DNA of 64,000 bases from Nitrososphaerota archaeon (GCA_033581555.1 JAVQSZ010000004.1:32001-96000); one strand, 5' to 3'. Positions 19,347 through 28,750 are shown, counted from the stretch's first letter. Notes: generated by a model from the sequence alone, not told the origin. Translations and numbers: made by a program.

Positions 19347-20552
19347 CTACGCCATGCACCACCTCTCCGAGGGCCTGAAGACGTGGAGCTCCTGGAAGTC
19401 GCTCGACAGGAAGACCGCGCCCAGCTTCAGGTGCCTCACCGCGTCCCTGTAGCTCGTCAGGATCCGGACCGCGTTCTTAGACTTGACGAAGCCCATGAGC
19501 ATCGCGAGGCTGAGGACCCGTGACCTCTCGTCGAGGACGTATGACAACAGACCTACGCCAGCCCTCCTGAGGTCGGGGCCGGTATCGAGCTCGTCGGGAG
19601 CGAGGAGGGCCGCGTCGACGCCGTGCCTCTCCGCGTCCAGTACCGCCTCCTCGAAGTAGGGCTCAGGGTCGTCGATGAAGGAGTCCGAGACGACGGTCGA
19701 ATACCTCACCCAGCTCTTCACTAGCTGCCTGACGGAGCTCTCCCTGAAGGCGTTCGAGGTCCTCATCTCCCTGGCCCTCTTCCTCTCCTCCCTGCTCCTC
19801 GAGGCCATCGTCTCAGGCCTCTCCAGGAAGACCGCCTCGGCCCCGACCTCCTCGATCGCCCTCCCGATCTCCTCCCCGGGCTCGATCCCCATCAGCAGGA
19901 CGTGAGTCGGTCTCACCGCCCTGATCAGCTCGGACTTGTGGTGGATCGCGTCGTCTCCGTCGACCCAACCGTCCACGTCGATCAGGACCCTCTCGGCGCC
20001 CGCGAGGTCCTGCAGGACCCTCCTCGCGACCGCGATCGACCTTCCGACGCAGAGCGAGGGCGAGGTGAACCCGAAGGCGTAGACGGCCTCGGCCCTGAGG
20101 CTGTAAAGCGCGTGGGTGCTGGACCCCGCCTTAGCGTACCCGATCGTCGTGGGTGGGCAGATCTCGCCCTGGCCGACGTCTAGGTCGACGAAGTGGACCT
20201 CTCCCCTCGAGACAGAGCCGTTCAACAGCGTCAACAGGACCGAGGTCTTCCCCGAGTCGATCCTCCCCAGTGCCATCGCCTTGAAACTCCCGCCGAGCGA
20301 TCCGGCGAGCCTCCTCCACGACTCCGGGATCGGGTCGAAGTCCAGCTCCTCGTATGAGCTCCCGGTCCCGAGGCTCAGCACCACGGTCGAGTCCTCGAGC
20401 GCTGTGATGGGGACCGTCTTCCAGGGCTTCACCACGACGCTCTCCCCTCTCCTCGGCTTGTGACCGAAGACCTCGACGGCTCCCGACTCAAGCGAGGCCG
20501 ACGCCGGGCCCTTCAGCAGCACGGCCTTCCCCTTCTTCAGCTCTAGCCTCAT
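19347..20552 (-). CDS. Clp1/Grc3-family polynucleotide 5'-kinase
   Basis: KGPAS N-domain, GRIDSGKTS P-loop, DLDVGQ...PPTTIG and DVDGW. Confidence 0.88.
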   Translation of the reverse strand: MRLELKKGKAVLLKGPASASLESGAVEVFGHKPRRGESVVVKPWKTVPITALEDSTVVLSLGTGSSYEELDFDPIPESWRRLAGSLGGSFKAMALGRIDSGKTSVLLTLLNGSVSRGEVHFVDLDVGQGEICPPTTIGYAKAGSSTHALYSLRAEAVYAFGFTSPSLCVGRSIAVARRVLQDLAGAERVLIDVDGWVDGDDAIHHKSELIRAVRPTHVLLMGIEPGEEIGRAIEEVGAEAVFLERPETMASRSREERKRAREMRTSNAFRESSVRQLVKSWVRYSTVVSDSFIDDPEPYFEEAVLDAERHGVDAALLAPDELDTGPDLRRAGVGLLSYVLDERSRVLSLAMLMGFVKSKNAVRILTSYRDAVRHLKLGAVFLSSDFQELHVFRPSERWCMA

Positions 20553-20652
20553 GCACCGAGTGAGCATCCTCAGCCGGGAAAAAAGTTGAGGGGGTCGGAA
20601 AGAGCCCAGCCGTCCGCCAAACCTTATTACAGGCGCGGGGCGAATTCAGCCG

Positions 20653-21444
20653 ATGAGCTGGGGCCTCCAGAACAGGCTCTCCAGGATCATCAAGCCCTCC
20701 ACGAAGAGGACCGTTATGCTAGCTGTAGACCACGGCTACTTCCTCGGACCGATCAGGGGCCTTGAGAACCCCAGGAGGACGATAACGCCACTCCTGCCTT
20801 ACGCCGACGCGATCATGCTGACTAGGGGTGTCCTGAGGACCAGCGTCGACCCGACCGTCGACGTCCCGATCGTGCTGAGGGTCTCCGGGGGCAACACGAT
20901 CGCGGGCCCTGCGCTGGGCGACGAGGAGATCGTGACCTCGATTGAGGACGCGGTGAGGCTGAACGCCTCGGCCCTGGCCTTCTCGATCTACGTCGGCACC
21001 CAGTACGAGCACCAGACGCTGAAGGCCCTCGCTCAGCTCGTAGACCTCGGGGAGACCTACGGCATACCGGTCCTCGCTGTCACCGCGGTCGGCAGGGAGC
21101 TCGAGAAGCGCGAGACCAAGTACATAGCCCTCGCCTGCAGGGTCGCCGCAGAGCTCGGAGCCCACTTCATCAAGACCTACTACACGCCGGAGTTCGAGAG
21201 GGTCGTCGAATCGGCCCCGGTGCCCTTGGTGGTCGCCGGCGGGCCCAAGATGGAGACGGAGCTCGACGCGTTGAAGCTCGCCTACGACGCGGTCCAGGCT
21301 GGGGCCGCGGGCGTCGACTTCGGCAGGAACGTCTTCCAGTCCTCTAACCCCGTCGGGATGATCAAGGCTCTCAGAAGGATCGTCCATGAGAACTGGAATA
21401 CGAAGGAGGCGGCCCAAGAGCTGGGCCAGTTGGCCGTCAGGTGA
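20653..21444 (+). CDS. lsrF: LsrF-like DhnA-family class I aldolase/thiolase
   Basis: MSWGLQNRLSRII, MLAVDHGYFLGP, AVTAVG, AAELGA..IKTYY, AGGPK and GRNVFQ. Confidence 0.8.
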   Translation: MSWGLQNRLSRIIKPSTKRTVMLAVDHGYFLGPIRGLENPRRTITPLLPYADAIMLTRGVLRTSVDPTVDVPIVLRVSGGNTIAGPALGDEEIVTSIEDAVRLNASALAFSIYVGTQYEHQTLKALAQLVDLGETYGIPVLAVTAVGRELEKRETKYIALACRVAAELGAHFIKTYYTPEFERVVESAPVPLVVAGGPKMETELDALKLAYDAVQAGAAGVDFGRNVFQSSNPVGMIKALRRIVHENWNTKEAAQELGQLAVR

Positions 21445-21948
21445 TCAGGTCCGGCCTGAGCCCTTCTCGTCGCTCACCAGGACCAGTCCCTCCGAAGTCA
21501 CGAGCCTCAGCAACTCATCGTATTTCAGCTCGATCTCGACGACCGAGCCGTCGGGGTCAGAGAGGTCGATGACCTCCCTCCTCTTCCAGACGTAACCGCC
21601 GCCCTTCAGGTTGAGCCTGCTGAAGATCCCCACTAGGCTCAGCGGTATCCTCCTGGACCTGAAGGGGAGCAGGTACTCGACGAAGCAGAACCTGTGGGCC
21701 CTGTCGTGGACGTCGCCGTAGAACGTGTTGAAGTAGACGTAGAGCGGATCGGACCTGTAGTACGTCTCCCAAGTCGTGTACCTCGAGTAGTACGGGACCC
21801 ATCCCTCGTCACGGAGCTCCATGTCCTCGAGGGAGACCGGCCTCTTCCAGCTTGAGACCAGGAAGCCCCTTTCCTCCAGCTTCGGGATCACAGCTCCCCT
21901 CAGTATCCCCTGCCGGAGCAGCTCGATCCTCTCCCTCTGCGTCGTCAT
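21445..21948 (-). CDS. Hypothetical protein
   Basis: ORF fills the gap; aromatic-rich; no motif recognised; start uncertain. Confidence 0.6.
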   Translation of the reverse strand: MTTQRERIELLRQGILRGAVIPKLEERGFLVSSWKRPVSLEDMELRDEGWVPYYSRYTTWETYYRSDPLYVYFNTFYGDVHDRAHRFCFVEYLLPFRSRRIPLSLVGIFSRLNLKGGGYVWKRREVIDLSDPDGSVVEIELKYDELLRLVTSEGLVLVSDEKGSGRT

Positions 21949-22024
21949 CGCGTTACCGACCTTGGTTTCTTCCGTCCGGAGCGGCCGCACTTTATATTAA
22001 GTTGTCTCGGAACCGCGCGGCGGG

Positions 22025-22987
22025 ATGAAGTGCAGGGCGAGGGCGTTCACGATGCAGGCCCTCGTGAAGTACCACGGTATGAGGGACTGGAACCTGAGGA
22101 TACCTTACCACGACAGCGTCTCCGTGAACACGGACGTCGCCTACGTCGACGCGGAGGTCGAGTTCGGCGACTTCGGTTCGGACTCGGTCGTCATGAACGG
22201 CGAGGTCGCGAGGGGCAGGTCGCTGGAGAGGGTGATCAGCGTGATAGAAAGAGTCAGGTCGCTCGCGGGGATCGAGGAGAGAGTGAGGGTCGTGACGGAG
22301 AACCACCCGAAGGTCAGGGCCAAGGGGATGGGATACTCTGCGGCCGCGGGGGCATCGATCGCTAAGGCTGCTCTTTACGCCGTAGGGCTCAGGGACTTGG
22401 CGGAGGACTCGAGGTTCCTCTCGAGGGTTGCGAGGCTCCTGGCGGGCTCAGCCTGCAGGTCAGCGGTCGGGAGGTTCGCGAGGTGGTACGCCGGGACGTC
22501 CGACGAGGACAGCTACGCCGAGACCTTCGCCGACGAGAGGGACCTGGACCTGAAGTTCGTGATAGTCCCGCTCCACGCGGACATCACGACGGAGGACGCC
22601 CACAGGGAGGCCGAGACTTCGCCCTTCTTCAGGGAGAGGATCAGGACCGCGAACGAGAGGTGCGACGCGGTCGTCAAGGCGATCAAGGACGGCGACTTCG
22701 ACGCGTTCGGGAGGCTGGTCGAGAGGGACAGCCTCGAGCTCCACGCGGTCACGATGACTGGAGACTCGGGGCTCATTCCGGTCACGCCCGACTCGCTCAG
22801 GGTGATCTCGGTCGTGAAGTCCCTCAGGGCCGCAAGAATACCGGCCTACTACTCGATGCAGACTGGCCCAACGGTCTACGTCAACACGCTGCCAGAGCAC
22901 GTCGAGGAGGTCGAGCTGGAGCTCAGGAGCGCGGGGTACTTCACGCTAGTCTCGGGAGTCGGCGGGGGAGCGACGGTCATAAGATAG
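22025..22987 (+). CDS. mvaD: GHMP-family mevalonate-pathway decarboxylase, haloarchaeal phosphomevalonate decarboxylase type
   Basis: QALVKYHGMRD..LRIPYHDSVSV, GSACRS, DSLELHAVTM and YYSMQTGPTVYVNT. Confidence 0.85.
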   Translation: MKCRARAFTMQALVKYHGMRDWNLRIPYHDSVSVNTDVAYVDAEVEFGDFGSDSVVMNGEVARGRSLERVISVIERVRSLAGIEERVRVVTENHPKVRAKGMGYSAAAGASIAKAALYAVGLRDLAEDSRFLSRVARLLAGSACRSAVGRFARWYAGTSDEDSYAETFADERDLDLKFVIVPLHADITTEDAHREAETSPFFRERIRTANERCDAVVKAIKDGDFDAFGRLVERDSLELHAVTMTGDSGLIPVTPDSLRVISVVKSLRAARIPAYYSMQTGPTVYVNTLPEHVEEVELELRSAGYFTLVSGVGGGATVIR

Positions 22988-23011
22988 GCCCTTGAGGGCG
23001 TAAAGGGCGAA

Positions 23012-23908
23012 ATGGTCTTGAAGGTCGGGCTCTGCGTCCCCAACTTCGGCAACAACCTCAGCAAGGAGCTCGTCGTGGCGTCCGCGGTCGAGGCCGAGCG
23101 GCTAGGTTACGACTCGGTCTGGGTGACCGACCACATCGCCATCGGCGCGGCGCATCCCTACCCCTACGGGAGGACCTATGAGGCCGTGACGACCCTCGCC
23201 TATCTGGCCGCGAAGACCGAGTCGGTCAAGCTCGGGACGTCGGTGGTCGTGGCCCCTCTCAGGAACGCGGTCCTGATCGCGAAGCAGATGGCCACACTCG
23301 ACGTCCTCTCGGGAGGGAGGGTCATCGTGGGTTTGGGAGCAGGATGGGAGCCGACGGAGTTCAGGGCCCTGGGCTCGGACTTCAGGAGGAGGGGAAGACT
23401 GCTGGACGAGCAGGTCAGGCTGATCAAGGCCCTTTGGTCAGGGAAGGCCCCGGACTTCGTCGGCGAGTTCCACAGGGTCTCGGGCGTGCTCTTCAGCCCC
23501 TCCCCGACCACAGCAGGAGGGCCGCCGATTTGGATGGGTGGGAACTCCGAGAGGGCAGTCAGGAGGGCCCTTGAGCTCGCAGACGGCTGGCACTTCACCG
23601 GGATGCCCCTCGACGAGTTCGCGGATCGAATGAGGCTGGTCAGGTCCCGACCGAGGGAGGGCTTCGTCGTCTCGGGCAGGATCACCGTGAGGCTCGACCC
23701 GAGGGCGAGGGGCGAAGAGGTTCGGGCCGGGTCAGGGGAGAGGAGGTACGTCCTTGGCGGCGACGCAGGTAGGGTCGCGGAGGACCTCTCGAGGTACTTC
23801 GACCTGGGACTTCAGTACCCGGTAGTCTACCTCGGCGACCTGAAGCTGGAGGAGCTCAGGGCTAAGATGAGGATGTTCATCAGGGACGTCGCGCCCTCCT
23901 TACCCTAG
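23012..23908 (+). CDS. LLM-class (luciferase-like) oxidoreductase, probably F420-dependent
   Basis: GYDSVWVTDH, LAYLAAKT, TLDVLSGGR, GLGAGW..EF, PPIWMGG and ADGW. Confidence 0.88.
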   Translation: MVLKVGLCVPNFGNNLSKELVVASAVEAERLGYDSVWVTDHIAIGAAHPYPYGRTYEAVTTLAYLAAKTESVKLGTSVVVAPLRNAVLIAKQMATLDVLSGGRVIVGLGAGWEPTEFRALGSDFRRRGRLLDEQVRLIKALWSGKAPDFVGEFHRVSGVLFSPSPTTAGGPPIWMGGNSERAVRRALELADGWHFTGMPLDEFADRMRLVRSRPREGFVVSGRITVRLDPRARGEEVRAGSGERRYVLGGDAGRVAEDLSRYFDLGLQYPVVYLGDLKLEELRAKMRMFIRDVAPSLP

Positions 23909-24198
23909 ACATCGGGGCAGAGGCAGGGCTTCGACCCGCACCGCGGGCACCTGTCGGCGTACTTCGACGTGAAGGCCCTCTCGAGGTCCACGTCCAGGAC
24001 GTTAGCGAGGCTCGCGAGCCATGCCAGCACGTCCGCCAGCTCCTCCTCGACCCCCTTACGACCGTCCTTGACGACTGCGTCCGCCACCTCGCCGACCTCC
24101 GAGACCAGCCAGAGCAGCGTCCTCTCTGCGCCCCTCCTCGCGTCCCTCTGGCCGTAGAGCTCCCTCATCATCCTCTGGATCTCCGAGACCGTCGGCAC
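23905..24198 (-). CDS. MazG-like nucleotide pyrophosphohydrolase
   Basis: WLVSEVGEVA and EELADVLAWLASLAN; C-terminal CPRC..PCxC. Confidence 0.88.
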   Translation of the reverse strand: MPTVSEIQRMMRELYGQRDARRGAERTLLWLVSEVGEVADAVVKDGRKGVEEELADVLAWLASLANVLDVDLERAFTSKYADRCPRCGSKPCLCPDV

Positions 24199-24235
24199 GT
24201 GGCTGAGTCCCTTCGGCCCGGTAAAAATCTGACAG

Positions 24236-24568
24236 CTAGCCCTCGACCCTCCTGAAGAAGCAGGTCCTGTTCCCGGTGTGGCAGGCCGGTCCCCTGGGCC
24301 TAACTAGGTAGAGGAGGGTATCGCCGTCGCAGTCGACCATCACGTCCACGACTTCCATCACGTTCCCCGACTCCTCGCCCTTCATCCAGAGCCTGTCCCT
24401 CGACCTGCTCCAGAAGAACGCCTTTCCCTCCCTCAGCGTCGCCTCGAGGGCCTCCCTGTTCGCGAAGGCGACCATCAGGACCTCCTTCGTCACGACGTCC
24501 TGGACGACGACCGGCACTAACCCGTTCGACTTCGTGAAGTCGAGTTCGTCGGGCCCCACGGAGCTCAA
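24236..24568 (-). CDS. hisI: Phosphoribosyl-AMP cyclohydrolase
   Basis: GLVPVVVQD, WSRSR..LWMKGEESGN, DCDGD and ACHTG..TCF. TTG start after GGAGGTGA. Confidence 0.95.
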   Translation of the reverse strand: MSSVGPDELDFTKSNGLVPVVVQDVVTKEVLMVAFANREALEATLREGKAFFWSRSRDRLWMKGEESGNVMEVVDVMVDCDGDTLLYLVRPRGPACHTGNRTCFFRRVEG

Positions 24569-25332
24569 AGCCTCACCTCCACGCCCCTTGAACTTAGGTA
24601 CTCCTTCACCTGCCTGACCGTCAGCTTCCCGAAGTGGAAGACCGAGGCCGCGAGCACTGCGTCGGCCCCTCCCTCCGCGATCGCCGCGTGGAAGTCCTCG
24701 AGGGTCCCCGCGCCCCCGCTGGCTATCACCGGGACGTTCACCGAGCCGGTTATCCTGCGTAGCAGCTCGACGTCGTATCCCTGCTGCCTCCCGTCTTTGT
24801 CTATCGACGTGATCAGCAGCTCGCCGGCCCCCAGCTCCGCGGCCCTCGCGGCCCAATCCTCCGCGGTTAGGCCCGTTGGCCTCGTCCCCGAGTGGGTGTA
24901 GACCCTGTAGACGACCCTGTCCCCGGAGCGCTCCCTCGCCGCGTCGATCGCGACCACGACGCACTGGTCGCCGTACCTCCTCGAGAGCCTGGGGATCAGC
25001 TCAGGCCTCTCGACGGCCATCGTGTTGATCGAGACCTTATCGGCGCCGTTCCTCAGCAGCGCCTCCGCGTCCTCAGGGCTCCGGATCCCTCCCCCGACCG
25101 TGAAGGGTATATCGATCTCCTCAGCGACCCTCCTCACCACTTCGACCGTTGCGGCCCTCCCCTCGACCGAGGCCGAGACGTCGAGGAAGACCAGCTCGTC
25201 GGCCCCCTCCTGGACGTACCTCGCGGCCAGCTCGACCGGGTCTCCCGCGTCCCTCAGCCCCCTGAACGAGACCCCCTTCACGACCCTGCCCTTGTCCACG
25301 TCGAGGCATGGGATCACCCTCTTGGCGACCAT
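24565..25332 (-). CDS. hisF: Imidazole glycerol phosphate synthase cyclase subunit
   Basis: KRVIPCLDV, VVKG, GADELVFLD, TVGGGI, GADKVSIN and TSIDKDG. Confidence 0.97.
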   Translation of the reverse strand: MVAKRVIPCLDVDKGRVVKGVSFRGLRDAGDPVELAARYVQEGADELVFLDVSASVEGRAATVEVVRRVAEEIDIPFTVGGGIRSPEDAEALLRNGADKVSINTMAVERPELIPRLSRRYGDQCVVVAIDAARERSGDRVVYRVYTHSGTRPTGLTAEDWAARAAELGAGELLITSIDKDGRQQGYDVELLRRITGSVNVPVIASGGAGTLEDFHAAIAEGGADAVLAASVFHFGKLTVRQVKEYLSSRGVEVRL

Positions 25333-25433
25333 CAGTGCGCCACCCCCTCTCCTCTCATTTAACTCGAGCGCCGAGTCGGCGGCAACGCGATGGACTTATC
25401 AACGCGGGGAGCCCTCAAGCCGGCGGAAACCGA

Positions 25434-26387
25434 ATGGACGCGAGGGTCGAGGAAGTCGAGGCGGTCATCGAGAGGCTGAGGGCTGAGTTCGAGCGGCACA
25501 TGCGCGAGAAGCTCAGGTCCGAGCCGAGCGGCCAGCTAATATGGGAGGTCGTCGAGGGAGGGAAGAGGCTGAGGCCCGCGTTCCTCCTCATGGTCTTCGA
25601 CTGCCTGGACGGCAAGGACCGGGAGATGGCCCTCGATGTCGCGTACGCCCTCGAGCTAGCCCACAACGCGTCCCTCGTTCACGACGACATCATCGACCTC
25701 GACTTCTTCAGGAGGGGGAAGCCTTCGCTCTGGAGGAGGATAGGGATCGGGAGGGCCGTGATCGAGGGCCACAGGATCATCAACGTCGCGTTCTCCACCG
25801 CACTCGAGAAGGGACAGGAGATCGCGAGGATCTTCCTCGAGGCCTGGGACAGGGCTTCTCTCGGCGTGCTGGAGGAGATAGTCGCGACCAGGCCGCCCTC
25901 CGAGATCTTTTACCAGAGGGTCATCGAGCATAAGACTGGAAGTCTCTTCGCGGCCGCGGCCGAGTCGGCCGCCGTGTGCGCCGGCGTCGGTGGGACGCTA
26001 AGGGAGGCGATCAAGCGGTACGGGCTGCTCGTCGGGACCGCGTACCAAATCGCGGACGACATCGTCGAGATGAAAAGGAGGCCACTAGGGCTCAGCCTGA
26101 TGCTCGCGCTGACCAGACTCGAGGACGCGTTCGTGAAGTTCGCGCTGGCCCTGAGGACCAGGTCCCTAAGGGCGCTCCTGAGCTTCGCGAAAGTCCGCGG
26201 GAAGGACGTCAGCTTCTTCACCTCGATGCTGGAGGAGAAGCTGGAGGAGATCGACAAGCTCGTAGACTCGCTCCCCTTAGACCCCGACAGGAGGGTCCTC
26301 CTCAAGTCCTTCCCCAGGTACTGCGTCAGGGAGATGCTTAAGGAGGGCAGGGTCGATGTCGGCACGGTGCGAGGCCTGCGGGGCTGA
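25434..26387 (+). CDS. trans-polyprenyl diphosphate synthase
   Basis: GGKRLRP, ASLVHDDIID..RRG, KTGSLF and YQIADD. Confidence 0.9.
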   Translation: MDARVEEVEAVIERLRAEFERHMREKLRSEPSGQLIWEVVEGGKRLRPAFLLMVFDCLDGKDREMALDVAYALELAHNASLVHDDIIDLDFFRRGKPSLWRRIGIGRAVIEGHRIINVAFSTALEKGQEIARIFLEAWDRASLGVLEEIVATRPPSEIFYQRVIEHKTGSLFAAAAESAAVCAGVGGTLREAIKRYGLLVGTAYQIADDIVEMKRRPLGLSLMLALTRLEDAFVKFALALRTRSLRALLSFAKVRGKDVSFFTSMLEEKLEEIDKLVDSLPLDPDRRVLLKSFPRYCVREMLKEGRVDVGTVRGLRG

Positions 26388-26481
26388 GCTCAAGCGGATC
26401 AACGTCCTGAAGGGCAGGGTCCTGTGCGACCGCTGCTATGAGGCCGAGTCTGGTCTCGAAGGAGGGGTTTGCGTCCACTGA
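26356..26481 (+). CDS. 41-aa Cys-rich (CxxC...CxxC) microprotein
   Basis: Manual translation MSARCEACGAELKRINVLKGRVLCDRCYEAESGLEGGVCVH*. GGAGGG upstream; below the ORF-track cutoff. Confidence 0.7.
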   Translation: MSARCEACGAELKRINVLKGRVLCDRCYEAESGLEGGVCVH

Positions 26482-26490
26482 GGTGAGGCC

Positions 26491-28077
26491 TTGGACGCCG
26501 TTGAGATACTGACCGCGGTCGGCGCCTCCTGGCTGAGGATACTCGCGGCCCTCGCCCTCTCGGTCCTCGCGGCAGTCCCGTTGGGCATCGCGTCGGCCCT
26601 CAACAGGAGGGTCGAGTGGCTGGTCATACCGGTGCTCGACGTCCTCCAGAGCGTTCCGATCCTGGGCTTCTTCCCGATCGCGGTCATCTCGCTCGCAAGG
26701 GTCTCGCCGGCCCTCGGGCCAGAGCTCGCCTCAGTCTTCCTGATCTTCACCTGCACCTTCTGGAACTTCGCGTTCGGGGTCTACGAGTCCGTCAGGAGCA
26801 TCCCTGTTGAGCTGAGGGAAGGCATCAGGCTCTGGAACCTCCCCTTCCTCGAGAGGCTGACGAAGGTTTACCTCCCGGCCGCTGCGCCGAGAGTTCTCTC
26901 GAACCTCCAGCCCTCTACGGCGAACGCCTGGTTCTTCCTCTCAGCCAGCGAGGTGATGGTCCTCGGGAGGGAGGAGCTTCGGGTCCACGGGGTCGGCTAC
27001 CTCGTCGAGAAGTACGCGGCGGCCGGCGACGCGGCCTCACTCGCGGTCCTGCTCTCGCTGACGCTGTTCACGATCGGTCTCGTCCAGTTCGCGGTCTACG
27101 GCCCGATCGTCTCAAGGGCCGTGGAGGGCGATTTCGAGCATGAGGTGAGGCTCGCGCCCCCGAGGGCCCTCGTGACCGGGATATCCGCGATCGCGTCAGG
27201 GTTCAGGACGTTCGGCGACGCAGGCCTGGGCAGGATAGCCCGCATGAGGCAGATCAGGGTGCCGCTGCAGGTCTTCCACGTCGTCCAGTCCCGCGTCCGG
27301 ATCGGTCCATGGGTCGCGGCCGTCGCGGCGCTCGTCCTCGGCGCGGCTTCGGTCTCACTCGCGGCCGAGTACGGGCCCGACCTCTATGAGTCCCTCCGCG
27401 TCGGGGTCTCTCGGCTCTCGGGCGTCGACTGGTTCGGGGTCTCCACGGCCCTCGCCTTCTCCACGGCACGCGTGCTGGCGGTCCTCGCGATCGGGGCCGC
27501 ATGGTCGATCCCGGTCGCGTACCTCTTGGCCGTCAGGGAGGAACTCAGGAGGGTGCTCCTTCCGGTCGTGCAGGTGATCGCCTCATTCCCGGCTCCGCTC
27601 CTCTTCCCGGTCCTCGCTCCGGCGCTCGCCTCGCTGGGGCCTTTCGGGTTGGAGGGCGCTGCGATACTGATGATGCTGATCGGGTCCCAGTACTACGTCT
27701 TCTATTCCGTCCTCTCGGGCTTCATGAGGGTCGACAGGTCCTACGGCGAGCTCTCGAGCCTCTACGGCCTCGGGTTCGGGTACTCCCTCGCGACGATCTA
27801 CCTGCCTTACGCGCTCCCCTCGCTGATCACCGGAGCTATCACGACCGCGGGTGGGGCCTGGAACGCGACCGTGGTTGCCGAGGCGGTCGAGGTCGGCGGC
27901 GTGGTCTACGAGACTCCCCTGCCAGGTTTGGGGAAGGTGATCGCGGGCGCGGCCCTCTCCGGGGACGTGTTCTCCCTCTCGGTCTACGTCGGCGTGATGA
28001 CCCTCTTCATCGTCGCCCTTAACAGGACGCTTTGGAGGAGGCTTTACGACTGGTCCGTGGGGCTGGTGGCCGGGTGA
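26491..28077 (+). CDS. ABC transporter permease with duplicated TM domain (NitT/TauT-like)
   Basis: LDVLQSVPILGFFP, QVIASFPAP and GAITTAGGAWNA; GAGGTGA SD upstream. Confidence 0.88.
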   Translation: MDAVEILTAVGASWLRILAALALSVLAAVPLGIASALNRRVEWLVIPVLDVLQSVPILGFFPIAVISLARVSPALGPELASVFLIFTCTFWNFAFGVYESVRSIPVELREGIRLWNLPFLERLTKVYLPAAAPRVLSNLQPSTANAWFFLSASEVMVLGREELRVHGVGYLVEKYAAAGDAASLAVLLSLTLFTIGLVQFAVYGPIVSRAVEGDFEHEVRLAPPRALVTGISAIASGFRTFGDAGLGRIARMRQIRVPLQVFHVVQSRVRIGPWVAAVAALVLGAASVSLAAEYGPDLYESLRVGVSRLSGVDWFGVSTALAFSTARVLAVLAIGAAWSIPVAYLLAVREELRRVLLPVVQVIASFPAPLLFPVLAPALASLGPFGLEGAAILMMLIGSQYYVFYSVLSGFMRVDRSYGELSSLYGLGFGYSLATIYLPYALPSLITGAITTAGGAWNATVVAEAVEVGGVVYETPLPGLGKVIAGAALSGDVFSLSVYVGVMTLFIVALNRTLWRRLYDWSVGLVAG

Positions 28078-28078
28078 C

Positions 28079-28687
28079 TCATTCCACCACGAACCTACCC
28101 CACATCCCGAGCGTGATGTGGCCCGGCACATCGCAGACGTAGAAGTAAGTCCCCGGCCTCTCGGCCATGAAGTAGACCGTGACGCTCTGTCCCGGCGCGA
28201 GGGGGTTTGATGGTGTCCCAGCTTGGGCACCGGGGATTGCCGGTGACGCTCTCGGGTCCTCCATCAGTTCGTTGACGACCGCGAGGACGTGGACCGCGTT
28301 ACCGATGTTCACAAGGGTCAGCTTCACCAGCGAGCCCCTCTTCACCTTGATCTCGGGGCCGGGCGTCGTTATCGAGTCCCTCCTCAACCCGAACCCGAAG
28401 TCGCCTGCGTAGACCACGAGCTCGACGTCTGGCTCCCGCGCCGGCGCCTGCTGCTGAGGTTGGGGCCGCTGAGAATGTCCCCACATCCAGCCCATGCACG
28501 GGCAGACACCCATCATGCGGCCCATCCAGCCCCGGGCGTGCGGTGTCGGCTGCTGAGAAACTGTCGGCGCGCCCCACGCCTGAGAAGCCGGCCGCTGAAC
28601 AGCCGGTGCGATCACGGTTAAGACGATAGCCGCTGATAGGACGACCACAGACATAGCCGCGAGGACTAGGACCACCGATCCCCTCAT
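28079..28687 (-). CDS. Membrane-anchored blue copper protein (sulfocyanin/rusticyanin-like)
   Basis: N-terminal TM, PGPEIKV, an upstream His (NAVH) and type-1 Cu loop YVCDVPGHITLGMWG. Confidence 0.88.
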   Translation of the reverse strand: MRGSVVLVLAAMSVVVLSAAIVLTVIAPAVQRPASQAWGAPTVSQQPTPHARGWMGRMMGVCPCMGWMWGHSQRPQPQQQAPAREPDVELVVYAGDFGFGLRRDSITTPGPEIKVKRGSLVKLTLVNIGNAVHVLAVVNELMEDPRASPAIPGAQAGTPSNPLAPGQSVTVYFMAERPGTYFYVCDVPGHITLGMWGRFVVE

Positions 28688-28729
28688 GCCCGCTCACCAC
28701 GTGATGTCCTCGACCGGGTGTTAGGGTTT

Positions 28730-28750
28730 CGGTGAAACGGTCCGAAACGT
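28730..28750 (-). promoter_or_regulatory. Candidate operator GTTTC-N5-GTTTC upstream of the cupredoxin gene
   Basis: Minus strand reads GTTTCggaccGTTTCACCG. CCGTTTCACCG also occurs at 28908-28918 on the plus strand. Confidence 0.5.
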
